From NCBI GenBank assembly GCA_026770705.1, contig JANJGN010000036.1, positions 1,922,001 to 1,986,000 of the forward strand: 64,000 bases of DNA, read 5' to 3'. Under the pieces are notes generated by a model. The model worked only from the letters and a program-made list of their open reading frames with translations. It did not search any database and was not told the origin of the DNA. A program made the position numbers and the translations under genes. The stretch comes from Isurus oxyrinchus (taxonomy: Eukaryota). Positions within the stretch are counted from its first letter, which is position 1. Each line of letters begins with the position of its first letter. This document shows positions 37,990-50,897 of the stretch, in pieces.

Positions 37990-38470
37990 ATTCCTAGGAT
38001 GTGTACTTCGCTGGCTGGGCTAGCATTTATTGCCTATCCCTAACTGCCCTTGAGAATGTGGTGGTGAGCTGTCTTCTTGAACCGCTGCAGTCTATCTGGT
38101 GTAGGTACACCCACAGTGCTGTCAGGGAGGGTGTTCCAGGATTTCGACCTAGCGACAGTGAAGGAACGTCGATACATTCCCAAGTCACAATGGTGAATGT
38201 CTTCGGGAACTTCCAGGTGATGCTGTTCCCATATAACTGCTACCCTTTTCCTTCTAAGTGGTAGACGTCATGGGTTTGAAAGGTGCTGTCTAAGGAGCCT
38301 TGGTGAATTCCTGCAGTGCATCTTGTAGAAGGTACACAATGTGCTACCGTGCTTTGGTGTTGGAGGGAGTGAATGTTTGTTCATGGGGTGCCAATCAAGT
38401 GGACTGCTTTGTCGTGGATGGTGTCCAGCTTCTTCAGTAGAAGCCGCACACATCCAGGCAAGTGGGGAGT
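37990..38470 (-). mobile_element. LINE (CR1/L2 group) 3' end fragment
   Basis: Reverse strand reads EYSPLAWM..KKLDTIHDKAVHLIG, a C-terminal non-LTR ORF2 motif; similar tails at ~1730-1985 (opposite strand), ~31500-31760 and ~44270-44570. Confidence 0.65.
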
Positions 38471-39169
38471 ACTTGAAGCAGGAAAAATGTACATGCCTAG
38501 ATGTTGTGTAACTTGCAGATCATGGTGCCCTCTTCTGTCCCTCTTGTTTGACGTGGCTGAGTTTGCTTGTTTGGAATGTGCTGCGGAAGGGGCCATGAGG
38601 AGTAGCTGCTGTTCACCTCGTGGATGCTTCACGCTGCAGACACTGTGCATCGGTGGTGGAGCGGGTCACAATTTGAGGTTATGGATAAAGTATTGCTCAA
38701 GCAGACTGGACCAGTGACAGCGTAGTTATCAAGACAACATCTTGGAGAAAGATTGAAATGTGCAACATAGACCACGAGAAATCAGACGCAGATTACCTAT
38801 CTGACAGGTGATTACATAAATAGAGCTTATTTTACACTCCCTCTCAATGTTTAAATGATCCCTTTGCTCCTGCAGAGACCTGATTAAAACGTCTGAATCG
38901 CTCGACCACTAACCTCCCATTAACTGGGTACCTTATAAAGTGGGAAAATAGGCAATTTAATCTCCCGCCTAGGCTGAGTTAACTCACCTCAGTGGAGGCC
39001 ATAGAATCCACCCAGATTTTAATGGCATTTAAATACCTAAGTGTGCCACGTACTGTTTTGAAAGAGATTGAACAGAATTGCAATATATCACCAAGTGATA
39101 CAGCCACGTTATGTACCTCATCATGTCGTATGAATAATTTGTTTTTGGAAAACTGAAGTGTTACACAGT

Positions 39170-42100
39170 CTGCAGCGGTTTGCTCTCCTATGGGCCGGTA
39201 TTTGGCATTTATCCCCGTGTGCATCCCTGGCAAATGCAAGGAGAGCACAGAGTCCTATGTCACGGTTGAAGCCCGATATTTTTCTCCAGAAGGACCGCTG
39301 CGTCTCTTTCCAGATTTGCTTGGCAAAGATACATTGCACCAATTAATCTGCCCTCTTCTCCATTTAATCACCGGCTGATCATTTATCTACATTTCCTCCC
39401 CTCCCCGCTCTTTGTTTGAAACTTATAAAGTGAATAAATGTTTCGAGCTCTGGTCTGAAGCATTAAGTCAGTGATGCTCATAGAAAGACGAAGGGTTATT
39501 CAGGTCTTCAGAAGACAAAGACTTATCTTGTAAATGTCAACTCTATTTGTAAATGTGGTGAGCAACATACAATATTGGAAGAAAGTAACGTGGTTTGCAT
39601 CCTATGTAACGTCAGAAATTAAGGGTCGCATAAGAACGTTTATAAATTTTCATGAATAATGTGTAATTCAGTAGAAAGAACGACTTTTTTCAAACTCCCT
39701 CACCCCCTTGCAATGCCTCATGCCTCCCGCCCGAACAAGATTTCAAAATCATTTGAAGTTTTGCAGATGGATTTGCAAGGTTTTATTTATTGGTTCTGAT
39801 TTCAGTGAAATGTTGCTCACTTACATATTTCCACCTTGCAAATTACACCAGGTGTAGTCCAGTTGAAATGAGTTGCGAGGGGAAAGTTGACTGTTTGTCC
39901 GTCAACTGGCTGCTGAAATTTGGAAATTGCACCGCGAATGCAGTGGATTATTTGGCAAATTCTGTCTACTCCACAATTCATCAGAGTAAATCCATCCCGG
40001 GTTCCCATCTGCGACCCGCCTTCTTTTTCGATCTCTTTTCCAATGCAGCAAACTCCAGGGAGGCAAAGGGAGGCCCTCCCCGAGACTGGGAAATATTAAC
40101 ATTAAAAGCAAGTAAAAGACAGGTCAGGTAATCTCTCCAACATTTAGCAAAGTCTTTCCTGACTTTTCTCTGCTTTCTGTTAAACAATGCTCAGCTCTAT
40201 CTCCACGCTGAACTTGTGGCTGCTTTGATGTTCTTGCCATTTAACGTTGATGCTATCCACCCCCTTGGTGAATCCCTGATGGTTTCCCCTCTGCCCGTGC
40301 AGTAGCTGCAGTCCGCCCGCAGAGGGAGGGTTTGTATCACTTTAATAAAATGATAGAGAAAAACGTTTACGGATATGAGGATTTGGCCCTTTTTAATTCA
40401 TTCATTCACACAGAGACAAAAGAACACAATTGCAACCAGCCCTGCTGCTTCTGACATGACGTTAGGCTTTTCACCCCCAATGCCAAATCAGATCCAGAAC
40501 TGATATTTTATTTTTCTCCTTGGAATTATTTTTCTCTTTAGGTATTTACCTCAATTCCATTTAAAAGTTTATATTGACAACGGAAGCTGAGCCAAGAACT
40601 CAAACATCGACGAGCGTACACACATGCCGAGCGACACACATGTGCACACAAATATACACGCACACACACGGAACGACACACGCGCGCACATAAAAACACA
40701 CACACACAAACAAACAAACTTGATTCGAACAAAAATACAAAACAAGTGTTAGATCTTGTAAATCCTGGCTGATGTGCCAGAAAAAAAATAATGCAGATAA
40801 TTGTCGAGCGGCCTTAGTTGAAAGATCATGGAACATGTCAGCGTCCATCAGTGGAATCAGTGTTGGGGTTGAACTGGGTTAGACACAGTGTTAAGCATGG
40901 AGAGGGCGCTCGGGATAAACTGTTCGAATGGCTCAGTTACTCACTTTTCATTGTGGGATCTCTTGTCTCGTTCTCCTGAAAGGATAATCTGTAATTCGCA
41001 ATTTAAAACTGCGAGAACGGAATCACATTGGACAATCAATTATGAAAATGTCTCTGATAAACAACGATCCTGACCTGATCTGCCGCTTTTATGTGTCCAA
41101 ATGAAAATGAGAATCAAGAGTAGAACTGGGATCGCTGCCACCATTCTGGCAACATTAAGAGTCGGAATGCTGTATCCTACAGAGAAAAAACAATTAGAAA
41201 CTGCTGCTCGGTCAAATCAATATTTTCTGGGATTCCCTCATGGGATACGTGACCCAGTTTAAAGTTGGGACCTCAAACAGCCAGTGCGACAGATCGTGGC
41301 GGGTGGATGCACAGAATGAAATATATGAAGCAATGTTTTTGAGTTGAGATCAATTGGCGGACAGGACTGTCAGGATTGGTCCAAGGTTGTAACGTATCAG
41401 GATGAAAAGATCTTACCAATGTCGACCTGGAAACTGAACTGGAGAATCATAAAATAAACCAACACGGAAGCAGGCAGTTCCACCCATCATCTCTTTGTGT
41501 TAAATAAATCCACACATTTTTACCTTTGGTTCTCTGTCAGTGAAAAGAGTTTCTCCTTATTCACTTTATCAAAACCATTCATGGTTTTGAGCATCTGTGC
41601 AAAAATTTCCCGTTAAGCATCTCTCCTGTAAGGAAAACAATCCCAGCTTCTCCTGTCTCTCCACAGTAACGGTCGCATCCTGGGAAATGTTCAAAGTACC
41701 CTCTCCTAGGCCGCGTAATCTTTCCTTAAGTATGGTGTACAGAATTGGGCACAACACTCCAGCTGGGCTCTGACCAGCCTTTATAAAGTGTTAGTTTCCC
41801 TCCTATTTAATTCCTCCATTATTTAATCCGAGGTCACCCAATATCTGTTAGCGACAATCACAACTTATCCTGCCACCTTCAGAGATTAATATACATGCGC
41901 TACCTGCCTATGAGAGTTCAAACCGATCAGTTCCAAATAACCCAATTTCAATGACTGTTGATAACCCGAGGATAGTGTTAAATCCGACTTGCTGATATCA
42001 CCAACTGATATTAAAATTAAACTGCATTTTTCCAGGTAAATGCAGATTGATAAAGTACATTCCAGGAAATGAAGACGGAGACAGGGGGAATTAAGCGTGA

Positions 42101-43932
42101 GCCACGTCCCTGTAGATGCATCGCTTTTCCCCATCTCTTCACTGCTTTATGCTCATAAACGCATTCAGTGCGGAACAAATCTCAACCCTGTTCCTCATTC
42201 ACTGCGTGAAATGACGGGGAATCTGATTAAATTATAAATTTCACCAGGGATTTCGGATCATTTAAGCGGATATTATGAAGGGGGAAGTGTTACATGTTAT
42301 TGGGAAAGAGTGCAATTAATTGACTATCCACTTTCTGTGTTGTATCACTCTGTAATTTTAACATGTCTCATAGTAACATAAGGCGAGTCCAGAAAGTCTC
42401 CATCTCGGACAGAGGGCATAACATTAAGTTATGCCAAGACATTGAATGCACTATTTACTTACATTATAGACAGACACAAACGCATGCATACATATGTATA
42501 TAATATATATGTATATACACAAACATACACACATAAAGACACATATATACACATACTCATACACACACATATTTCCAGACAGGCATACACTCCTGTATAT
42601 TATATATATATATCCATGGTTTTCTGTGGATGTCCTGGACATGATTAATTCGGGTATTAGAAACTACCGAATAACTCCAAACTGATTCTTTGAATTAAAG
42701 CCTCCATTGAACAGATCACTAGCTCACCTGACCCTGCGTCTGCTGCTTTAGACAACGTGCTCTTAGTCCAATATTTGTCTGGAGACCCCAGTTGAACAAT
42801 ATAATTGCACACAACGTCTCTATTCCAGGATTCCCTCGACACCATGACGTGGCTTCTGATCCTGTAGGTCCCGCCCGCCTCACTTGTACCGGGATCGCTC
42901 GGTCTCTCGATGACCAGGCCGGAAATATTCTAGAAAATAGCAAACTGGTTGGTGAAACACCACTGACCAAACACACTAAGGGGACGGTTTCCCTCAAAGG
43001 CAGGTCACCCGGCGGTGCAAACACCAGCAAAACTGTCTTGTTGGTGGGACTGTCCGGACAGAGTTTGCGAGAGAGTTAACAAGTAATTTACACTATATGT
43101 TAATGTTGTGTATGACCTGAATTCAATTCAATTAAACTCTCACCTCCAACCAGTAGTGCCGATCCTTTTCGGGGAAGTGCATAGCCATCCTTCTCAGCAA
43201 AGAGATACTTCAATTTTGTCGAGAACGCAGGTTTAGAAGGTAAACGCCTGGATTTCGGAAAGTAGCATCATTGTACTCCACCTCATTTATTCTGTGAAGT
43301 GGTTGTACAAGACTTTTGATAAAATCTGGCCCACGCATTCAACTGGAGATTGAGAATTTGCTGAAAGAATTCATATTCGCTGTTTCCTGTTTTTGTAAAT
43401 AAACATACAATCGGCCCACTGAGAAAGAGAGATATCGACAAGATTCGAGTCTTCACACACACACGCTGTTTGTACAAGAAATAGCTCGACACCAATTACA
43501 CTTTGTAAATTTGGTGACAGGTTAATACCACCGTGTCTCCGACTTCAGCTGTAATTATGAAGGGACACTGAAACAGATAGGGCTCGGATTCTGCAACTAG
43601 AGATATTATTGTTTCATTACCACAAGTTATTGAGAGATAGGACGCAGCCGCTTTGACACACGACGCGTTAATTCAAGAACAGTCACATCATTATTTTCAA
43701 TTAGTTTTGGCTAGATTAATTCTGGAATTCGGGTTTTTTTCACTTTATGGGAGGAACCAGTAAATGTTCTCACATGATCCGGGCAAATCCCTCACCTGAA
43801 CACTGGGTCAAAATTTCAGCTTAGTTTCCACTGTTTCTGATGATTCAGTTTAAATTTTTCACCCGCCTCTTACTCACCAGAAATTCGCAGCAGTTGGAGA
43901 ATGAGCATCAGAGGTAAAGATTCCTTGGACAT
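39170..43932 (-). pseudogene. B2: type-B V-C1-TM receptor pseudogene
   Basis: Leader 43932-43878 (MSKESLPLMLILQLLRIS); V 43596-43144 with stop/frameshifts and a ~120-nt insertion; C1 43053-42728 (acceptor AG>GG, frameshift); TM 41176-41075; exon 40975-40945; homolog of the B1 'DRCQIAAK' exon near 39170-39215. Confidence 0.8.
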
Positions 43933-46226
43933 TTTGATGCGGTGAGTTGTCCCTGTTTTCGCTCTCACCAGTTTGTTACTTCAGGTCGAGTCGCCGCAGG
44001 CTGACCTGAACTGAATCTCAGTGAGTTGCTCCCCTTTCAGATGCGGTGGAAAAAATGACGAGCTATGCTATAGAACAGATGACACTTTTTACGTACGGGT
44101 CCTGATGAGTGCCACAAGAATTTAACACAGTAAGGTCACCGCCTGTGCGTCACAGCTGTCGAGGAGCCGAATGTTTATAAAGAACTTTACAATGCTGTCG
44201 TTCACGGGGGCAGTGGTGGGGGTAACAGAATACTAATTGTATGGTGGATCGTCAATGTTGCAGTTAAAGATTGATTCATTCGCGGCATGTAAGCCTCACT
44301 GGAAAGACAAGCATGTATTAACCATCTCTAATTGCTTTTTTAGAATATGATGGTCAGCCGCCTTTTTGAGTTACTGCATGCCACTTGGTGTAGCTTTTCT
44401 CACAGTGCAGTTAGGAAGAGAGTTTCAGTATTTTGACCCAGTGACAGTGAAGGACCTGCATTCCTTTCCAATCAGGGTGGCACGTGGCTTAGAGAGTGCT
44501 TGCAGGTGGTGGTGATCCCATGTAACTGCTGTCCTGGTACTTCAAGGTTGTAGAATTTGCAGCTTTGGAAGGTGAACGCCTGGCATTCAGAAAGGAGTAT
44601 CATTGTACTGCATATAAGTTATTCTGTGAAGAGGTTGTACAGGATTCTGGATACGCTCTGGTTAACACCGAGTCTGGGAAACATGGAATGAAATAGACAT
44701 GGTTTGATTTGTATGTGAATTACTGGCATCTTATTCTCCATAACACAGTTACGCAGAGGTCTAGAGTGGAATTCAAATGGGACAAACACGTTCATTCACG
44801 ACTTACCGAGAATCTTAATGAATGAATATCGTTCAAATTCAGTTCTACTCCTTAACAGTTCCGTGCACTGTCTCCTTTCTGTTAAGTCTCATTGACTAGA
44901 ATTTCAGCTATCTTAATCTGTGAAATAAAACACCAATGGGGATATACCTGAATCCAGTTCTGAGTTTGTGGTAGAATTCTATTTGCCAACGACTTGATTG
45001 ATCCCGTGAAGGGAGTTGCAAACAATAATACATATTTCGCTTTGTGTTTTAAGCTAAGTGCGTTCACAGCAGTTCAATGGAAAATTCAGTGTGCAGTTAT
45101 GACATGCAACAAGCTGTTAAGCATCTTGATGTTACAGTTTATAGAGTTACATCGAATTCACAGCACAGAAACAAGCCATTGGACCTGAATGCTCGTGGTC
45201 ATCTTCATGCTCCACACGAGCCTCCTCCCATGCGTTCTTGAACTCATTACAAGATCAAACCCTTTTCTTCCTTTCCCCCTCGAGTGTTTGTTCATGTTCC
45301 CACTTAAATGGCTCTCTGCAATAGCTTTAACCATTTCCTGTGGGAGAGGGTTCCACATTCTCCCCACTGCCTGTGTAAAAAAAGTTTCTGCTGAATTCCC
45401 GAATGGATTTATCTCCTATTAATGACCCATAGTTACCGAGGGCCGGAGGAACGCAGGAGCGGATTAGGCCTTTGCGCCCTTCGGGCCTGCTCCACTATTC
45501 AATAAGATCTTGGCCGATCTGGTTCTAGTCTTGAACCCACTTTCCTATCTGCCGCACATAGGCCTTGACTACCTTGCCGAAAGAAATCGGTCTAACACGG
45601 TCTTGAATAAATTCAAAGACCCAACATTCAGTACTTTCTGGGGAAGAGAACTCCACGCACCGACGATTCTTTGGGTGAAAAATAATCTCCTCATTTCTGT
45701 CTTAAAATGGAGACTTCTATCTTTGATTCATGCCCCTAACTTTGGCCACAACAGGAATCATCCTCCGGGTATCCGTCCTATCAGGGCCCCTCAGGAATTT
45801 ACATGTTTCGATAAGATCACCTTTCATTCTGCTAAACCCCAATGGGAATTCCTGAATTCTCCAGGATTCGCGGTTAGATTTATTGATGACGTCTATTTTT
45901 GAAATCCTGCAGATGTAGAGTCATCTTCCCCTCCTTCTGTCAAAATATACCATTTCGTCACTTTAAAGACCTCGATCAGGTTACCCCTCAAACTTCCTCC
46001 TTTTTAGAAAACAGAGCTCCAGGCGGTTCATTATTTGGTGTTAGAAATAAGCTCTCAGTTCTGATATCATTCGTGTGAAACATTAACTGCACCTTTTCCA
46101 GTGCCTCTGTACTCTTTCTAGAAATTGCAGAACTGTGTACTGTACTCCATATGTGGCCTAAATAAGGTATTGGTCTTTGGTGAAAAAACATTTGATGAGT
46201 CCGTGACGGCACTTCTTGGCCTGTAA

Positions 46227-46237
46227 TAAACAGGAAA
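46227..46237 (+). promoter_or_regulatory. Putative FOX:ETS-like composite site TAAACAGGAAA about 185 nt upstream of the A4 ATG
   Basis: Same motif at the same distance in A2 (19537-19549, -) and A5 (54964-54975). Confidence 0.45.
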
Positions 46238-46415
46238 ACCGCAGATAGCTGTCTACCTCGACACCATTTTCCAACCCCTTTTGTGTACCTATGAATAAAC
46301 ACAGAAGGCCATTCATCTGCACATTTCACATCTCCTTCACACGGAGAGATCGAGAACGAGTTCTCAGTGTGTTTCGGGTCGGGGCTCAGAGTCTGACCGC
46401 CTGAAGTTACGGAAA

Positions 46416-46458
46416 ATGCGCTTCCACGCTGTGTGTGCATTGTCCCATATCTTCCAGG
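46416..46458 (+). CDS. A4 exon 1, signal peptide MRFHAVCALSHIFQ
   Basis: 43 nt, phase 1, G|GTAAG donor; homologous to the A1 leader. Confidence 0.75.
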
Positions 46459-49400
46459 GTAAGATATCTTAACATGTTCAGATAGAGTTGAGGAGGGATT
46501 GGACAGAGTAAATAAGGAGAAACTGGCAGGAAGGCCTAAAATCAGAGGGAAACAGATTGAATAGAATCGGCCAGAAAACGAGAGGAGGAAATGAGAAGAT
46601 TTTTCTTTAACTAAGCGAGTTGTTGTGATCTGGAAGACTCTGCTTGAAAAGGCGATGGCAGCAGATTCAGTAGGACCTTTCACATGGGGACTTAGATAAA
46701 TACTTGAGAAGGAAACATTTGCAGGAATATGGGGAAAGGAGCGGGCGGGAGAGTAGGGCCTAAGTGGATAGGTCTCTCAAAGTGCCAGCACTCTTAAGGG
46801 CCGAATGGCCTCCACCTGCACTGTGAGGTTCTATAAGATGAAATTCAGTTATCACGTTCTACGTACAAATAGAACGAATATCGTCAACAACGTGGAAAAT
46901 GTGCATCCTTCAGCATCAATGTATGGAATTAATTCGAAATGTAACCTCTCCTGGGATAAAAGGTATGAGTTGGCTCCTTTGACACTATTGGCGATTGAGC
47001 AGAGAACAGAGTTTCAAGTACATTGCTAGAGTGAGTTATAATCTCCTCATCTTGAACAAAATAAAGCGCCCAAAGCAGACGGAGAAGAACAAGGAACGAA
47101 GGATGGATGAAAGAAAAGTAAAAAAGTTGGAAAATTTAGATTTGAAGCAGCTCTTTTAATGTATTAACTTCACACGGTTCCCAAGTGTGAACCCCAGTGA
47201 CTAAACCAGATTTACTACTGAATGAATTCCTACTGGGCCCTTGGAAAGACAGGGATAAAAAGGCGGAAATGACCCATTGCACGCGATTTTTCGATATGGG
47301 CTATTTTTTAAAAATGATTGTGCCTCCTCCCTATCGGGATGTATTTGCCGGAGGCCGGTCTCAGGAGAAAGGGGGTGCGTGTGCGGGTTGACGAGCTGCA
47401 CCATAACCTGAGGTAACCCTTGTTAATTTCTCTCTCTTTCAGTTATTGCGTCTCAAACTGTCTTGTCCCAGTCTCCACCGGTTCAGACACTCCCTGCGGG
47501 GAGTCGCGCTAAACTGAGCTGCCACACGGACAGACCAGTAGTTCGCTACGTCTTCTGGTACAGACAGTCGGATCGAAACGACATGGAGTTGTTTTACGCA
47601 GCGCATAAGCACCTCCCAGCTGTGGGGAGGGTTTCCAGCGAGATTTCTGAAAAAGAGGGTTGTAATACAGTGTTCATTGTGGATACACGGAGAAATGATT
47701 CTGGAATGTATTACTGTGCAATCCCCAATTACACGAAGATGGCCCTAACATTCGGAAATGGCTCCCAGTTAGTGATTACAGGTAAATTTAATCATTATTC
47801 CATTGAATTGGGCACTTCTACGGAAAATAAACGTCTCGGGTTTCAGCTGTTAATGGGGTTTCTGTTCAATTTGTCAAATTTAGAGGGCTCCCCCACCATA
47901 TTCCTCCTCACCCCGCTGGAGGATGAGATTCCTTCGATGGAAAGGGTCCCGCTGTTGTGTTTGATCAGAGGCTCGTCCCCCGATTTCTTTCTCGTCCACT
48001 GGAATGTCTCCGGGCGGGTTACCGAGACACAGACCGATTCCGCGACAATTGAATCGGACGGGACCTACACCATCAGGAGTTACACCAGCATCTCGGTGGA
48101 AACGTGGAGCAGCGGCGCTCTCTGTACTTGCGCCATTCAAATCAACTCCAGTGAAAATCTTCTCAGTGCAAGTGTCGCATCTCAGAGAGGTAGCTATTAA
48201 CAGTGACCGTTTACCAATCTATTTAATGCTGATGGCAGGCTTTGCAATTTTCCAAATTAGAATTGTCCATCTTTCCGTGTGTGTCCATGTATCATCATTT
48301 TATCATTGACCTATCACAGGTCTCTCAATCTTTCAGAGTTTAGCTTTCTGAAATGTTAACTCCATCTGTTCTCTCTACCCCAGAGAGTTATCGCTGTTCA
48401 ATCGCTGAGATAGATTTTTGTACACTAAGGGAGAAAGTGATGCAGACATTGCGGGAATGTAAATTTGCCGTACAAAATTAACCATGGTCTTATTGAATGG
48501 CACATCAGCTTTGAGGGACCGAATGGTCTCCTGCTCCGATTTCTTGTGTTCTTTTTGTCTAGGCATATTGACATGGTTGCATGCTACTGGCTGATTTGTC
48601 AGTGTTTAAACTGAAAGGTGTGATTTCATTCCCAGTGTACCATTTTGTCACACCATGCTGTGTACAGTTATCCATTCATCTCTCTATCTACTTAACATGC
48701 ACAATATTTCTGTCCACCTCAGTTAAACAGTGAGGTGTAAGACATTTTCTGTATCTGTCTGTCCATCTGTTCATCCTTCTATTTCCCCCTCTCTCTCTTT
48801 CTCTTAATCAATCAATCTATTTCTGTCCTAGTGCAGTTTAATATACCTGGCCCATCTGCCTGTCTGTTTGTCTGTCTGACTCTGTCTTTCTCTCTCTCTC
48901 TGACCTCCACTCGCTCTCCAACTGCCTCTCTCTGTCTCCGTCTTTCCCTGTCATTATCCCTGTTTGTGTGTCGCTTTCTGTCTGTCTCGTTCCCTGCGCT
49001 AATGATTTATTTATTGTTCCCTTATTTAACTAATTTACTCCCCTCTGATTACTTTGAATATCTCTACCGTACTGAAATGGTGCAGCAAAACACATCTATG
49101 TCCATTTATCTATCTGCATATCTCACTCACGCTCTCTCCACACCTCTCTCCCTGTCATTCTCTCTGATACTTCCTGCCACTCTCTCTTGCCGCATCTCTC
49201 TCTGACTCTAAATCTCTGGCTCTATTTTCAAACTTTTCTTTCTGATTTAATCTGTTCTGTATAAGCNNNNNNNNNNNNNNNNNNNNNNNNNNNNNNNNNN
49301 NNNNNNNNNNNNNNNNNNNNNNNNNNNNNNNNNNNNNNNNNNNNNNNNNNNNNNNNNNNNNNNNNNNNNNNNNNNNNNNNNNNNNNNNNNNNNNNNNNNN

Positions 49401-50897
49401 NNNNNNNNNNNNNNNNGTCTGTCTATCTATCTCCCTCTGTCTGTTTCCCACCTCCATTTCTCCGATTAGAACGGTCTCTCTCCCTCTGTCTCTCTCTCTC
49501 TCTCTCTCTCTGTTTCTGTCTCCATCTCCTTTTCATTTTATATGTATCTATCTGACGATGTATCTCTTTATTTCTACCCTAGTCAATCTGATTTGTATCA
49601 TATATCTGCTTTCTCGGTCAGTCGCTCTCCATCTTTCTCTATCTTATTACTTTGTCCTGTTTAATCAGTATAAAATCTCTGCTCTCTTGCTATCCATCCC
49701 TGCATCTATCTACCTGTCCACTCCAATTCTCCTCACTATTTCTATCTCTTTCCATTTCTGTCCCCTTTCATCATTATTCTCTCAGATCTCTGCTCTATTT
49801 CAGGATGACGAATTTAGCAAAAAAATCTATTTCGGTTTGCGGTTGATATCAAACATGTAAATTGGAAACATTTATCTTGTTTAATTAATTCCAGAAACTT
49901 CTTTAAACGAGAGTTTCATATCTCTTTTTTTTTGCAGGTTCTCCGCTACCTACCACCTGCAGTGTCCCGCTTTCCGGGGTTGTGGCGGCGGCGGCGCTTG
50001 TCCTTCTGGGAGTGATCCTTCTGGCCGGGAGAAGGGGCTGCAGGAACCGGCAGACAGGTAGCAATTGTTGGGACACGCTGTTTTCCGCCGCGGTCTCAAT
50101 CCATTCATTTATCAATTGGATATTGACACTTTCAGCCGTTTCGTTGTGAAATGTAGCCAGTTATGAGCAGTTGAAATTTTACTTTCTAACAGGAAACATG
50201 AACAATGATGAAGAACTGACAGATTCCAGCAAACAAAGAGAAAACAAAGAGGTAAATGAATGGATTTGTTGCTGCCACTACGCGTGGATGCTTTTCACCT
50301 ACTTTTAATTCAAGTTTTAAAATTAATAGCTATTGTTATATGTGCCTTGGCAACTTTGCCTGGTGAGCTCTACAGGGTGGCAGAAACAAGGCTTCAATCC
50401 CTCGAGTGCAGAAAATTAAGGGATGATGTTACTGAAGGTTTTAAGATGGTTAATGGCTCTGGCAGTGGAAATGGAGATGAACTATTTCCCCCTGGTGAGG
50501 TTGGAGGGGCGGAATCTAGAACAAAGGGCAGACCGCTATAATTAGTGCAGCACATTCAGGGGTGATATCAGGAAGCACTTTGTCACACAAAAGCCAGTGA
50601 AAATCTGTATCTTTCTCTCTTCAAAAGGTCTTGATGCTGCGGGATCAATTGGAAATGACAAAACTGAGACTAATAGATATTTGTTGGGTAAGGGGATTAA
50701 AGATTATAGAACCAAGGTCGCTGGTTGGAAGTTATGATACAGATCCACCATCATCTAATGAATAGACGGAAGGGGCTGAATGGCCTCTTCCAATCCATAA
50801 GACGATGGTGCTGGCTATTTTAGTAGATTCTGTTTTTACTTTTTCTCCACAGACACTTTATGCCCGATTGGCCTTTAAAGAGGATCCCACACTCTGA
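46416..50897 (+). CDS. Gene A4: non-rearranging VJ-C1-TM receptor with cytoplasmic TxYxxL motif (6 exons, 303 aa)
   Basis: Exons 46416-46458, 47443-47781, 47884-48189, 49938-50057, 50193-50251, 50853-50897. All GT-AG, phases 1,1,1,1,0; 912 nt open frame. An N gap lies in intron 3. Confidence 0.88.
47443..47781 (+). CDS. A4 exon 2, Ig V-set domain with germline-joined J
   Basis: AKLSC..VFWYRQ..RNDSGMYYCAIPNYTKMALTFGNGSQLVIT; 339 nt like A1. Confidence 0.93.
47884..48189 (+). CDS. A4 exon 3, Ig C1-set domain
   Basis: GSPTIFLLTP..VPLLCLIRG..LVHWN..DGTYTIRSYTSISVETWSSGALCTCAI. Confidence 0.9.
49267..49416. other. Assembly gap
   Basis: N run in A4 intron 3. Confidence 1.
49938..50057 (+). CDS. 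A4 exon 4, stalk Cys + transmembrane
   Basis: GSPLPTTCSVPLSGVVAAAALVLLGVILLAGRRGCRNRQT; polypyrimidine-TGCAG acceptor, CAG|GTAGC donor. Confidence 0.85.
50193..50251 (+). CDS. A4 exon 5, cytoplasmic
   Basis: GNMNNDEELTDSSKQRENKE; 59 nt, AACAG acceptor, GAG|GTAAA donor. Confidence 0.82.
50853..50897 (+). CDS. A4 exon 6, TLYARLAFKEDPTL*
   Basis: TTTTCTCCACAG acceptor; 45 nt; tyrosine motif conserved with A1. Confidence 0.85.
   Translation, partial: TLYARLAFKEDPTL

Noticed and set aside
45988-46683. 231-aa minus-strand ORF
   Set aside because: Composite of LINE 3' fragments and the antisense A4 promoter/leader; no coherent domain
47463-48200. Processed (retro-copied) rearranged Ig/TCR gene
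   Set aside because: All paralogs keep introns at conserved phases; the continuous ORF results from a 102-nt in-frame intron
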